Sequence record: OR413585.1
Reading direction: 5' to 3' (one strand)
Length of the DNA stretch: 64,000 bases
Positions 45,521-54,381 of this stretch are shown in pieces. The notes under the pieces are model-generated. The model did not search any database. It was given only the letters and a program-made list of their open reading frames with translations, and was not told where the DNA came from. Within the stretch, counting starts at the first letter, position 1. The number at the start of each line of letters is the position of its first letter. The position numbers and the translations under genes were made by a program.

Positions 45521-48265
45521 ATGGTAGAAATTCAAATGACTTACACGAGTATGGGGGTACGGGTTGAAGTCCCCATCCGCCAGGCTGAAAGGGCCATACT
45601 CGCGTGGGCCGAAGAGAATATGCACGCCCCAAAGATGGGCAAGCAACATGGACGAATAACCACGGAACGCGGCGATGCGTACTACGCCCACATTCCGTCT
45701 TTAAGGACATTCATTTTCCATAAAGTGTTCGCTGAGAAGATTAAACATATCCTCCAACGGGCAGCAATTGAATACGCTTTTCAGTACAAGCTTACAGAGC
45801 ACCATCCCGAACGTGCAGAACCTTATAAGTGCACGTTTGATAATTACGGATTCAAGATGGAAGAGACAGACCCAGAGTCGCGTTTCTATTATCAGAATGA
45901 AGTCGTAGCCGCCGCAACAGATCCATCGCGTTCACAAACGGTTTTCGCGATACAAACAGGAAGAGGAAAAGCTCTCGCGCATGGTACGCGTGTGCGTGTA
46001 CCGGGTGGTTGGAAGAACATTGAGGATATACAGCTAGGTGATTACGTTACGGGGCGTGATGGAAAACCAGCAATGGTCTCTGGAGTGTTCCCACAGGGTG
46101 TGGTTGACCTGTATCAGGTGACGTTTTGGGATGGTAGGAGTGTTGACGTATGTGGCGAGCACTTGTGGCAAAGCTACTACGTTAATACCACCGAGAATCG
46201 TCGCTGGGGTGTACGTGATACCCTAGAGATGAAACGTTTAATTTCGATGCCTAATCCACGGGTATACATCCCATTACCAGAACCAGAGGAAATGCCAGCT
46301 AAGGATTTTGTCATTCATCCGTATTTGCTCGGTATCCTCTTGGGTGATGGCTCCCTATCGATGCCGGGCGTTTTATACACCAAAGGCGATGTGGAGATTC
46401 GTGACCGTGTTGCTGAGGTCATGCCCGCTGGACATACAATCCATGATTCGTCGTACAGCGATGGGATAACGAAGTGCATCTCTTGTCCCGGTGGTGTTAA
46501 CCTTGTCCGCAGAGAGCTTGAGCGGTTAGGGTTAATCGGCTGCAGGTCTTGGGAAAAGTTCATACCTGGAGATTACTTCGAAACGTCCATCGAACAACGG
46601 TGGGAGTTGTTGCGTGGCTTGATGGATACTGACGGTACTGTGGATAAGGATGGTGGTACGCCTTCTTTCTGTTCCACCAGTAAAGAATTGGCTTTAGGTG
46701 TTCAGGAACTTGTGCGGTCTTTAGGAGGGATTGCAACACTACGCGAGAAACGTCCGTTCTTCACACACAACGGCGAACGTCGTGAAGGTCGTTTGGCTTA
46801 TAACGTCTCCATCCGCCACAAAACACCATCGAAACTGTTCCATCTTCCAAGGAAGAAAGAACTGTGTCGTGATAACGGACAATACACCGATATACTGAAA
46901 CTCCGTGTTAAGTCTATCGAACCCATTGGTCGTGATCTTGCCACGTGTATTCGTGTCGAGAACGACGATGCGTTGTTTGTGGTGGACAAGTGGATCGTTA
47001 CGCACAACACCAAGACCTGTATGAAGTCGATGGTTAAACGGGGAACCCGTACCGCATTGATTCACCGTCCGTCATACGTTCCCAAATGGCTGTTTGACGT
47101 CTGTGATGATGAAACAGGACTTCGTATACTTCGTGACGAGGTGTTAGTTTGTACAGGCGTACAGGCGATTTACGACGCGTTGGAGATGGGTAAGTCGGGA
47201 GAGCTAGATAGACGCGGTATTAAGGTAATAATCCTCCCCACGGTCTCTCTACAGCGTTTCCTGAAGGAGTACATTAACACTGCTGCGACTAACCCTGTGG
47301 ACCTGGATACGTTTTATGATGTTCTGGGTGTGGGTCTGGTGGCGATGGATGAGGTGCACGAGCATTTTCACCTCGTTTACATGGCTGGTATAATGTTGAA
47401 CCCGCCGGCATCGATAGAGATGTCTGCAACTCTTAAACCGGGTAGCAGTAAAGCCTTTATCGCGGAGCGGTATTTAGAACGTTTCCCAATGGAGTACCGA
47501 ATCAGTATTCCAATCATTCCGGTGGTTGACGTGAAAGCGTTGTACTATCGACTGGATGATAAGAAGTTCGCGTGGTGGGCGTCGAAGATGACGCCGTATA
47601 ACCACAAACTCTTCGAAGGGAAGCTGATTAAAGAGAACTTGCATTTAGAATACGCGAACATGATCTGGGATGTGGTTGAGAAATCGTTCCTTAAACGGTA
47701 TCAACCCGGCCAGAAGTGTTTGCTGCTATTTGCCACGGTTGCAATGTGTGAGTTCTTTACCGAGTATGTGAAAGATAAGTTATCGCGTGACCCTGTATTC
47801 CATCCACTCATGGTGGCGAAATATAATGCAGGCGATTCGTATGACGACTTTATCCAAGCAGACTTCTCTATCTCCACACCGGGGAAAGCGGGGACTGCGG
47901 TCGATAAACCTGGGTTGGTGCACATGTACATCTCAACCCCGGTAGAAGACCAGCAACTGAACGAACAGATGGCCGGTCGTCCACGTAAGATTCTCCACAA
48001 CGAGTGGGGTGAAATAGACCCAACGGTGTGGTTATTCCATGCGTATAACGTACCGAAGCATTGCAATTACTTGAATGCCCGCCAGAAATCACTCAAGGAT
48101 GTCGTATTGTCGTTCCGTATCGCGACATCCCCCTACGTTGTAAGGAAATCACATGCTCACTCCGCCGCGTCCAGCAGAGCCACTGCCGCCCTACATCGGA
48201 ATGACTTTAGCAAGTTTTCTCGAAAACATTCTAAAGGCGTATCCCGGCGTAGAAGACGTCGCTAA
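45521..48265 (+). CDS. SF2 DExH helicase containing an intein (914-aa precursor, 568 aa spliced)
   Basis: Start moved to the ATG after GAGGGG; Walker A QTGRGK|T split by the intein; DEVH, MSAT and QMAGRPR motifs. Confidence 0.85.
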   Translation: MVEIQMTYTSMGVRVEVPIRQAERAILAWAEENMHAPKMGKQHGRITTERGDAYYAHIPSLRTFIFHKVFAEKIKHILQRAAIEYAFQYKLTEHHPERAEPYKCTFDNYGFKMEETDPESRFYYQNEVVAAATDPSRSQTVFAIQTGRGKALAHGTRVRVPGGWKNIEDIQLGDYVTGRDGKPAMVSGVFPQGVVDLYQVTFWDGRSVDVCGEHLWQSYYVNTTENRRWGVRDTLEMKRLISMPNPRVYIPLPEPEEMPAKDFVIHPYLLGILLGDGSLSMPGVLYTKGDVEIRDRVAEVMPAGHTIHDSSYSDGITKCISCPGGVNLVRRELERLGLIGCRSWEKFIPGDYFETSIEQRWELLRGLMDTDGTVDKDGGTPSFCSTSKELALGVQELVRSLGGIATLREKRPFFTHNGERREGRLAYNVSIRHKTPSKLFHLPRKKELCRDNGQYTDILKLRVKSIEPIGRDLATCIRVENDDALFVVDKWIVTHNTKTCMKSMVKRGTRTALIHRPSYVPKWLFDVCDDETGLRILRDEVLVCTGVQAIYDALEMGKSGELDRRGIKVIILPTVSLQRFLKEYINTAATNPVDLDTFYDVLGVGLVAMDEVHEHFHLVYMAGIMLNPPASIEMSATLKPGSSKAFIAERYLERFPMEYRISIPIIPVVDVKALYYRLDDKKFAWWASKMTPYNHKLFEGKLIKENLHLEYANMIWDVVEKSFLKRYQPGQKCLLLFATVAMCEFFTEYVKDKLSRDPVFHPLMVAKYNAGDSYDDFIQADFSISTPGKAGTAVDKPGLVHMYISTPVEDQQLNEQMAGRPRKILHNEWGEIDPTVWLFHAYNVPKHCNYLNARQKSLKDVVLSFRIATSPYVVRKSHAHSAASSRATAALHRNDFSKFSRKHSKGVSRRRRRR
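45971..47008 (+). mobile_element. Class 3 intein with LAGLIDADG homing endonuclease (346 aa)
   Basis: Starts with Ala (ALAHG); block B CGEHLW; block F ATCIRV; ends VTHN followed by Thr; LLGILLGDG and LRGLMDTDG motifs. Confidence 0.88.
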
Positions 48266-48536
48266 GAAACTCTGCACCGACGCCACTATCAACCAGGCGT
48301 TTCATTACTACATGGTCACTGAACATTACAGCGGCCTGTTCCTTAACCAACGCGGGTTGACGTATTACGTCACCCGCACGTCAAGTATCCGTAACACTTC
48401 GTCGTACGAGTTATATACGTACGTGTTGTGGAATGAGAACCCGGCCGGTAGTGTCGATCAGAATCCAAAGATGGCTTATCGTCTTTACTCTGAAAAATGG
48501 CACGATTGGGTGACTGTTCCACACGATGCAAGTTAA
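48153..48536 (+). CDS. Hypothetical protein (127 aa)
   Basis: AAGGA RBS; overlaps the helicase 3' end by 113 nt. Confidence 0.6.
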   Translation: MLTPPRPAEPLPPYIGMTLASFLENILKAYPGVEDVAKKLCTDATINQAFHYYMVTEHYSGLFLNQRGLTYYVTRTSSIRNTSSYELYTYVLWNENPAGSVDQNPKMAYRLYSEKWHDWVTVPHDAS

Positions 48537-48596
48537 TCACGTTTTGGGTGTATATTGTGTATACACCCAACCCCTAATTGCAAAAGGATTATTACG

Positions 48597-49217
48597 ATGA
48601 GTCGTCGCAAAAAGAAACCCGCTTATAACCCACGTAAAGACGCACGCGATTTCGTCAAAGCGATGATGCAGTCTGTGTTGAAAAAACAAGCTGTGTTTAT
48701 CGAAAGTACCGAATTCCTGTCAGGCAAAATTGATCGGGAGCGTGAAGTAACTGAAGCCATTGCGCACGAAGAGCTGAAAGCTTTCACGTTGAAAGCGCTG
48801 GATGAAGCACAAGCAGCATTCCTCGGCATGTGCCAACAAGGCAAAGAGCTGTTCGGTAAACTGATTGTTGAGGCAGATGCTAAGGCTGTGCCGGTGTTTG
48901 ACATGCTGAACGATAACAGCAAAACCTGGAAAGAGGTTAAAGACCAGTTCCACGTCGACCACACCGAGCTGTCTTTGATTGACCAGCGGGCGAATATGCT
49001 CGCGATGGATATCCAGGGCACCAGTATCGAAATCTTCTCTACGTATAACGCGAAAGTGAAGTTCGTGAAGCAGGCGCTGAATAACGGGCATACCGTGGAA
49101 CAAGCCGAAGTTCTGTTGGCCGAAGCTCTGGCTAATAATTCGAAAGAACTCCCTAAAAACGCCATCGTCGATCACAACGACGTTGTAGTAGAAACCGAGG
49201 AAGCGGCTAATGTCTGA
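48597..49217 (+). CDS. Hypothetical protein (206 aa)
   Basis: Start moved to the ATG after AAAGGA; basic N-terminus MSRRKKKP. Confidence 0.7.
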   Translation: MSRRKKKPAYNPRKDARDFVKAMMQSVLKKQAVFIESTEFLSGKIDREREVTEAIAHEELKAFTLKALDEAQAAFLGMCQQGKELFGKLIVEADAKAVPVFDMLNDNSKTWKEVKDQFHVDHTELSLIDQRANMLAMDIQGTSIEIFSTYNAKVKFVKQALNNGHTVEQAEVLLAEALANNSKELPKNAIVDHNDVVVETEEAANV

Positions 49218-51180
49218 GATCCAAGATCAGCGTCCGGGTAATGCCCGTCGCCCTAATCCCGACCAGCCAGCCCCTGTGGCGGCTGCTACCCAACAAGAGA
49301 TGATTCTTCCGACCGTGCCTGATGACGCGACCTCGGATGCAATCATCATGGCTATTAAACAAGCCAATCCCGATTTTTCTTTTGCCCGTGCAGAAGAAGT
49401 TTATCACCAACACTATCATCGTCCTGAGCCTAAGCTTGAGCGTCCGACGTTTGTAGAAGAGGCGTTGCCTGAACCTGCTGCGCCTGTACCACCGGCACCT
49501 CAGACTTTTGCTGAACAGGTGCAGGAGCACCTACATCGTGCCCCGGAACCGGTAGTAGAGAAAGCGCCTGCGGTAGAACCTGCTCCGCAGCCAAAAGCTC
49601 CGGAAGCGGTTGCACCGGCCCAGCCGGCTGTAAAAGAAATGGAAGATGCAGCACCGAAGGTTCCGGAACAACAACAGGTGCGTGAGATTAACTTCGGTAA
49701 TACCCATTTAGCTGAAACTGCCGAAATGGGTGAAGACGAAGCTGATCGTATTCTGACACAGTCGAAGATGTTGATTGGTCTGAAACAAGACCCTAACATC
49801 ATTGCAGACTCCCTGCAAAAGTTCCTCGGTAATATTAAACGTTCACCGAAAGACGGCCGGCTGCTATTCGAAAGCCCTGAACAGCAACAGGTATACGACG
49901 ACATCTATCGTGCTTTGAACATGACCCCGCCACGTCTACAGGACGGCGTACCAGCATTCGCGGGTGCACTGGACCGTGGCGACACCGCTTGGGAACAGCG
50001 TGTGATGTTGCCGGACGGTAAGGCATCTGGTGCTATTGCACCGCGTGACAATATGCACACTGGCGCGCTGGCTGCTTTGCGCCGTGTACGTAAGTCGGGT
50101 ATTCCGAATATGGTTTGGTTGCCGGCCACAGGTATCTACGTGGGCTTCCGCGCACCGCATGAACGTGACCTTTGTGACTTCGACATGCGCCTCACACTGG
50201 AAACTGCGACCATCGGTATGCAGACCTACGGTTTGATGCTGTCGTCGTCTTCTGGTGTGTACATGCGTCACATGGTTGAATTCGCACTTCAGTTTGTTAC
50301 TGAAGCAACCATCGACTGCGCGGGTAACGATCTGCGTACTGTGCTGTTGGATACCATTGATCTGGCTGACTACTGGCTGGTAATTCTGGGTCCGCTGCAA
50401 GCGAAATGGCCGTCTGGTATTCCATGGACGCTGATGTGCGGTGAGGACGGTTGTACTCAGCAGGAAGATGTGAAGCTGAATATCGCGCGTTGTATCCGTT
50501 TCGGTTCCGGTCTGTTTAGCGACCTGCAGAAACAACTGTGGGCACGTCAACGCGGTACTGAGCGTCCTGTGATTTCCATTGCTGAACAGCGCGAATATAT
50601 CGCGGCGCATCAGGTTGACCCATCCTCGGTATTTGAATACCACGACGTGCGTGTTGAATTTGGCCGTTCTACCCTGGGTAGCTTCTTTGACTCCACTGAG
50701 AAGTGGATTGAAGATGTTAACGCGTCAACTACGGCAGCGCTGTCTGAATTTGCTACCGAGCGTGAACGTGAATCCCATATGCGTTTAACTGCAGAAGCCC
50801 GTCGCTTAACGCGTTACGCTCACATGGTGAAATCTATCACCGTTAATGAGCAACGTGAAGTAAACGGTGAAATGCAGGTTATCCCACAAACTGAAACCGA
50901 CACAGCGAAAATCGTTGAGATGCTGGAAGAGCTGTCTTCCGACCGTATCTACGTTGGTCAGTTTGAAAACGCGATTGCTGAATACAACGAACGTACACGT
51001 TTAGCGGTATTCGGTTACATGGGTAAACGCTGCCCGGCGTGTGGTAAAACACACGGCGAGAAAGACGGTCTGTATCGCGGTATTGTTACCATCAGTCCGG
51101 ACAGGGTTTTTTTCGTGCTCTCTCGAGTGGTGTCCGAGATTCAGAAATTCTTGCTGGATCAATACGCCGATATTGGCTAG
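49210..51180 (+). CDS. Probable tail/baseplate assembly chaperone, T4 gp26-like (656 aa)
   Basis: Pro/Ala/Glu-rich N-terminus; DYWLVILGP..CGEDGC and C-terminal CPACG..FF resemble gp26-family proteins (by eye); slippery T-TTT-TTC at 51108. Confidence 0.5.
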   Translation: MSEIQDQRPGNARRPNPDQPAPVAAATQQEMILPTVPDDATSDAIIMAIKQANPDFSFARAEEVYHQHYHRPEPKLERPTFVEEALPEPAAPVPPAPQTFAEQVQEHLHRAPEPVVEKAPAVEPAPQPKAPEAVAPAQPAVKEMEDAAPKVPEQQQVREINFGNTHLAETAEMGEDEADRILTQSKMLIGLKQDPNIIADSLQKFLGNIKRSPKDGRLLFESPEQQQVYDDIYRALNMTPPRLQDGVPAFAGALDRGDTAWEQRVMLPDGKASGAIAPRDNMHTGALAALRRVRKSGIPNMVWLPATGIYVGFRAPHERDLCDFDMRLTLETATIGMQTYGLMLSSSSGVYMRHMVEFALQFVTEATIDCAGNDLRTVLLDTIDLADYWLVILGPLQAKWPSGIPWTLMCGEDGCTQQEDVKLNIARCIRFGSGLFSDLQKQLWARQRGTERPVISIAEQREYIAAHQVDPSSVFEYHDVRVEFGRSTLGSFFDSTEKWIEDVNASTTAALSEFATERERESHMRLTAEARRLTRYAHMVKSITVNEQREVNGEMQVIPQTETDTAKIVEMLEELSSDRIYVGQFENAIAEYNERTRLAVFGYMGKRCPACGKTHGEKDGLYRGIVTISPDRVFFVLSRVVSEIQKFLLDQYADIG

Positions 51181-51224
51181 ACCAGGAAGACGTTCCGTCC
51201 GAGCAAATCATTACAACGCTCAAG

Positions 51225-51596
51225 ATGGATACCACCTCTCTCTTCAAGCAGCGTAGCACACGTCCTATTACGTATCAGGAAGCCCATAACGAGCTTCTGG
51301 AAGCGTATGACCGTACACTGGCTCTTAATACCGGCGACCATCAGGTAGGGTTGTCGGATTTTGAAAACCCGGTATATGGTAGTCTTTACGATATCTGGTA
51401 CGCCACTTACTTACGTGAAGAGGTCGGTGAAAACTACCGGATGTCGATAGACGAGTTCCTCGACCGCCCCCGCTGGCAGATACTGCTGATGCTCGACAAT
51501 ATCCGTCGTCGCAAAGCGATTATCGCCAAAGCCGGCGAGCAGGTGGCAGGTGAACGTGCGTTAAAGGAGCTGGAGAAAGATCTGACGGGACATTAA
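51225..51596 (+). CDS. T4 gp51/gpT-like chaperone domain; probably expressed as a -1 frameshift fusion
   Basis: YRMSIDEFLDRPRWQILLML pattern; no clear RBS; frame open from 51048 through the slippery site. Confidence 0.55.
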   Translation: MDTTSLFKQRSTRPITYQEAHNELLEAYDRTLALNTGDHQVGLSDFENPVYGSLYDIWYATYLREEVGENYRMSIDEFLDRPRWQILLMLDNIRRRKAIIAKAGEQVAGERALKELEKDLTGH

Positions 51597-51604
51597 TAGA
51601 AATT

Positions 51605-51635
51605 CGGGGCTTCGGCCCCGTTTTCTTTTTTTTAT
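51605..51635 (+). terminator. Intrinsic terminator
   Basis: CGGGGC-TTCG-GCCCCG followed by a T run. Confidence 0.8.
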
Positions 51636-51649
51636 TCGCCTTGGTATGA

Positions 51650-52534
51650 ATGCCCTTTTCACTATGGAACAGAGCCATGATTGATATTTATACCGACTAT
51701 GCGGCTGTATTGACAGTCAACCGTCACGAAGGTCGTGCAGCACCGATGCTAGATTTAGTGACGCTCGGTATGGATTACGGTTACGATGTGGCGTTATCCG
51801 ATGTTTATAGCAACCCGTTGTCTGACCCCGCGGACGAAACTGTCCGTCTGGAATCCATTATCGTGAAGGTAGCGGTTGGATTAGGCAACCGCCTCGGTAT
51901 CGGACTTAATCCACAAATCGTCTTCCAGAAACCGAAAGAAACCGTACGTATCCTTCACGGTGTGTTGGAAGCCTTCGAGGAGTTCGAAGACAGTGATGCC
52001 CTTTACGGGATTGTCTCCTCTGGTGAGACACCAGAGTATATCCTGGAGAACATGTGTCGTTATGTTTACGGTGACGAAAACCTGCACTTCGAAGACCTGA
52101 TTACTGTTGTCAGCCCACGCGTGCTTACCGTGATGGAAAACTTCTTAGCGGCAGAGTCGTTGGAAAGCCAGAAACGAAACAGCGATGATGTCCGCCAAGA
52201 ACGTATCGTCACTTACTTGCGGTTGTTCCCTGAGAACCCGTCAGCGTTTGTCTTTATGAATCTGCCTGCTGAGCCAGACTTAACAGTGGTGCAACAATCG
52301 TTAGAATTTCGCGTAGAAGACATTAGCGAAATTGATTTGCTGACGATGTATGCGGTAGGTTTATCGATTATTCCTCATGCGGAGTTTGACGGGGCTTACG
52401 GTGACTTAGAAAAGAACCTTGCCTTGTTGAACGTCGACAACGTCCCGCCTGGAGAAATCATGCGGAAAGGATTGGAAGCGTTGAAAGCCATATACGCTAG
52501 TGGGGACGCGGAGGTAGATGATGAACAAGATTGA
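51650..52534 (+). CDS. Probable virion protein (294 aa; start may be 51677)
   Basis: Intact ORF after TATG; coupled to the vRNAP gene. Confidence 0.6.
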   Translation: MPFSLWNRAMIDIYTDYAAVLTVNRHEGRAAPMLDLVTLGMDYGYDVALSDVYSNPLSDPADETVRLESIIVKVAVGLGNRLGIGLNPQIVFQKPKETVRILHGVLEAFEEFEDSDALYGIVSSGETPEYILENMCRYVYGDENLHFEDLITVVSPRVLTVMENFLAAESLESQKRNSDDVRQERIVTYLRLFPENPSAFVFMNLPAEPDLTVVQQSLEFRVEDISEIDLLTMYAVGLSIIPHAEFDGAYGDLEKNLALLNVDNVPPGEIMRKGLEALKAIYASGDAEVDDEQD

Positions 52535-53816
52535 TTATCTGGTTGCTGCGTGTAAAGCAGAAGCTTGGCGTAGACTGGTGTGGCGTATTGCGGTTTTCAA
52601 CGTGGCCATCTTTAATGAAAAAGGTGAGCCGCCTGAGCAATACGACCTGAACTACATTGACGGCTTACCCCATTACTGGGAAAACGAAGAAACCAAGTGG
52701 GTGCCGATTGAAGGGTGCAAAAAAGATGAAGAGCTGTTCGTGCCGGAAGAGCAGTTTGAATTGCGTCCTGAGATGTACCCAGGTTTAGCTGGCCCCATTC
52801 CGACTACCGTGGGTCGCTATGTCTTTAACTGGATTGCTATATACTACGCTTTCGGTACCCGTCTCCCGTATCTGGCAGAGTCTCGTGACCCGCTAGCCTA
52901 CCGTAAAGAGATGTATGAGCGTTGTGTGGAATATGATGACACCGATCCAGACAACGAAGACGCGATTCGACCGTACATGATAGGACGCTTTGTAGGGGGT
53001 CTACACGAGCTTGCCCCGTTGTGTCGTGGGATAGCCCCAACCGGTACTATTAGAAGCCTTACAACGCATCCTGACGCGTATAAGGTACGTGATGCGTTGC
53101 TGTTGAAGCATAAAGACGAGCTGGATAACCCTGCGGTTATCGTTATGATTGAAAAAGCTCTCGACGAACTTGATAAAGAGTGGTTGAGTGGCGACCAGTC
53201 CGTTGAGTTCTACAGCTCGCCTAAAGCGCGTATGCGTCGCCGTAAGCTGATGCTGATGTACGGTATTCAGACCGCTTTTAAAGAAGGGGCAGATTTTACC
53301 TTAATCCCAACGAGTCTGATGGAAGTTGATCAGACCGGGATGAAGTATCTGGTAGAGAAATTCAATGATACGCGAGAAGGTTCCTTCATGCGTGGTGCAG
53401 AAACTGCCAAGGGCGGGGAGCAAGTACGTATCATCCAGATGATCTTCCAGAACCACAAAATCGTGCCTGGAGATTGCGGGACAAAACTGACACATGCACT
53501 TGTAATTAACCAGTATAACTACAAGCGTTATGTTGGCATGAACGCGATGATTAACGGTAAAGTTACCCAACTTACTGAAGAGTATTTGAAAACACAATTT
53601 GGTAAAGTTGTTCGACTCCGCCGACCCATCTTATGTCAGCAAGGTCACGTAGACTGTTGTGCGGCGTGCGCCTCTGCACACAAAGCAGAAGAGCCACGGG
53701 CAATCGCTGCGGATATCTCTTCCGGCTTCTCGAACGTTATGACCACTGCAATGGGTGCGATGCACGGTCGTGAAACCGTGGTTAAAGAGTACATCCCTAA
53801 ATTCCACATCACCTAA
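52518..53816 (+). CDS. Virion RNA polymerase beta' middle subunit
   Basis: REGSFMRGAETAKGG bridge helix, GDCGT, and LRRPILCQQGHVDCCAAC Zn site; a second beta'-type set in addition to the nvRNAP genes. Confidence 0.8.
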   Translation: MMNKIDYLVAACKAEAWRRLVWRIAVFNVAIFNEKGEPPEQYDLNYIDGLPHYWENEETKWVPIEGCKKDEELFVPEEQFELRPEMYPGLAGPIPTTVGRYVFNWIAIYYAFGTRLPYLAESRDPLAYRKEMYERCVEYDDTDPDNEDAIRPYMIGRFVGGLHELAPLCRGIAPTGTIRSLTTHPDAYKVRDALLLKHKDELDNPAVIVMIEKALDELDKEWLSGDQSVEFYSSPKARMRRRKLMLMYGIQTAFKEGADFTLIPTSLMEVDQTGMKYLVEKFNDTREGSFMRGAETAKGGEQVRIIQMIFQNHKIVPGDCGTKLTHALVINQYNYKRYVGMNAMINGKVTQLTEEYLKTQFGKVVRLRRPILCQQGHVDCCAACASAHKAEEPRAIAADISSGFSNVMTTAMGAMHGRETVVKEYIPKFHIT

Positions 53817-53829
53817 GGATTGTTTCCTC

Positions 53830-54330
53830 ATGACTAAGAAAGACACTACTACCCTTGACCCGCGTACAGAAGGCGTGGTCCGTGATAGCGCTTCTTACAG
53901 CAACGACGACCAATATCGTGTTAAACTGATCACCACGATGCTCGATGAAGCAGGTAACAATGCCGGCCCACGTAAAGCATCTGGTACCCAGGCTGAGAAA
54001 GATGCGTATAATAAGCTGCATCACTCTTTCCGTGAGCTGTTTAAACTGCGCGGTCAGGCATTCCTGGACGGTTTCTACGCCTTTGTAGAAGCGGCTAATA
54101 AGCACCGTAACGGTATTTTCTACGCACCGGCTGCTAATAACCGTATCAGTGAGAACTTCCCGAATCGTGACGAACGTGAAGTCTTCGTTATCTTTATTAA
54201 CATGCTGATTCGTTACGCACGTTGCGCCGATAAAGGCCGTTTCCGTGATACCAACGACGTTGACCGCCTGGCCCGTCGCTTGAACGACCCGGACCTGCGT
54301 TCGCTGGTTATGCACGCCTTCGGCGGCTAA
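53830..54330 (+). CDS. Hypothetical protein (166 aa)
   Basis: Start moved to the ATG after AAGGA; high-expression codon bias. Confidence 0.7.
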   Translation: MTKKDTTTLDPRTEGVVRDSASYSNDDQYRVKLITTMLDEAGNNAGPRKASGTQAEKDAYNKLHHSFRELFKLRGQAFLDGFYAFVEAANKHRNGIFYAPAANNRISENFPNRDEREVFVIFINMLIRYARCADKGRFRDTNDVDRLARRLNDPDLRSLVMHAFGG

Positions 54331-54339
54331 ATAAAAGTA

Positions 54340-54380
54340 CCTCTCTACCCTAGGGTAGAGAGGCCTTTCTTTTTTTTTGT
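54340..54380. terminator. Bidirectional terminator
   Basis: CCTCTCTACC-CTAG-GGTAGAGAGG between convergent genes. Confidence 0.78.
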
Positions 54381-54381
54381 T

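Noticed and set aside
49500-50643. Antisense ORFs of 134-235 aa within the 49210 gene, and similar ones in other long genes
   Set aside because: Same codon-bias shadow effect; they overlap well-supported plus-strand genes.
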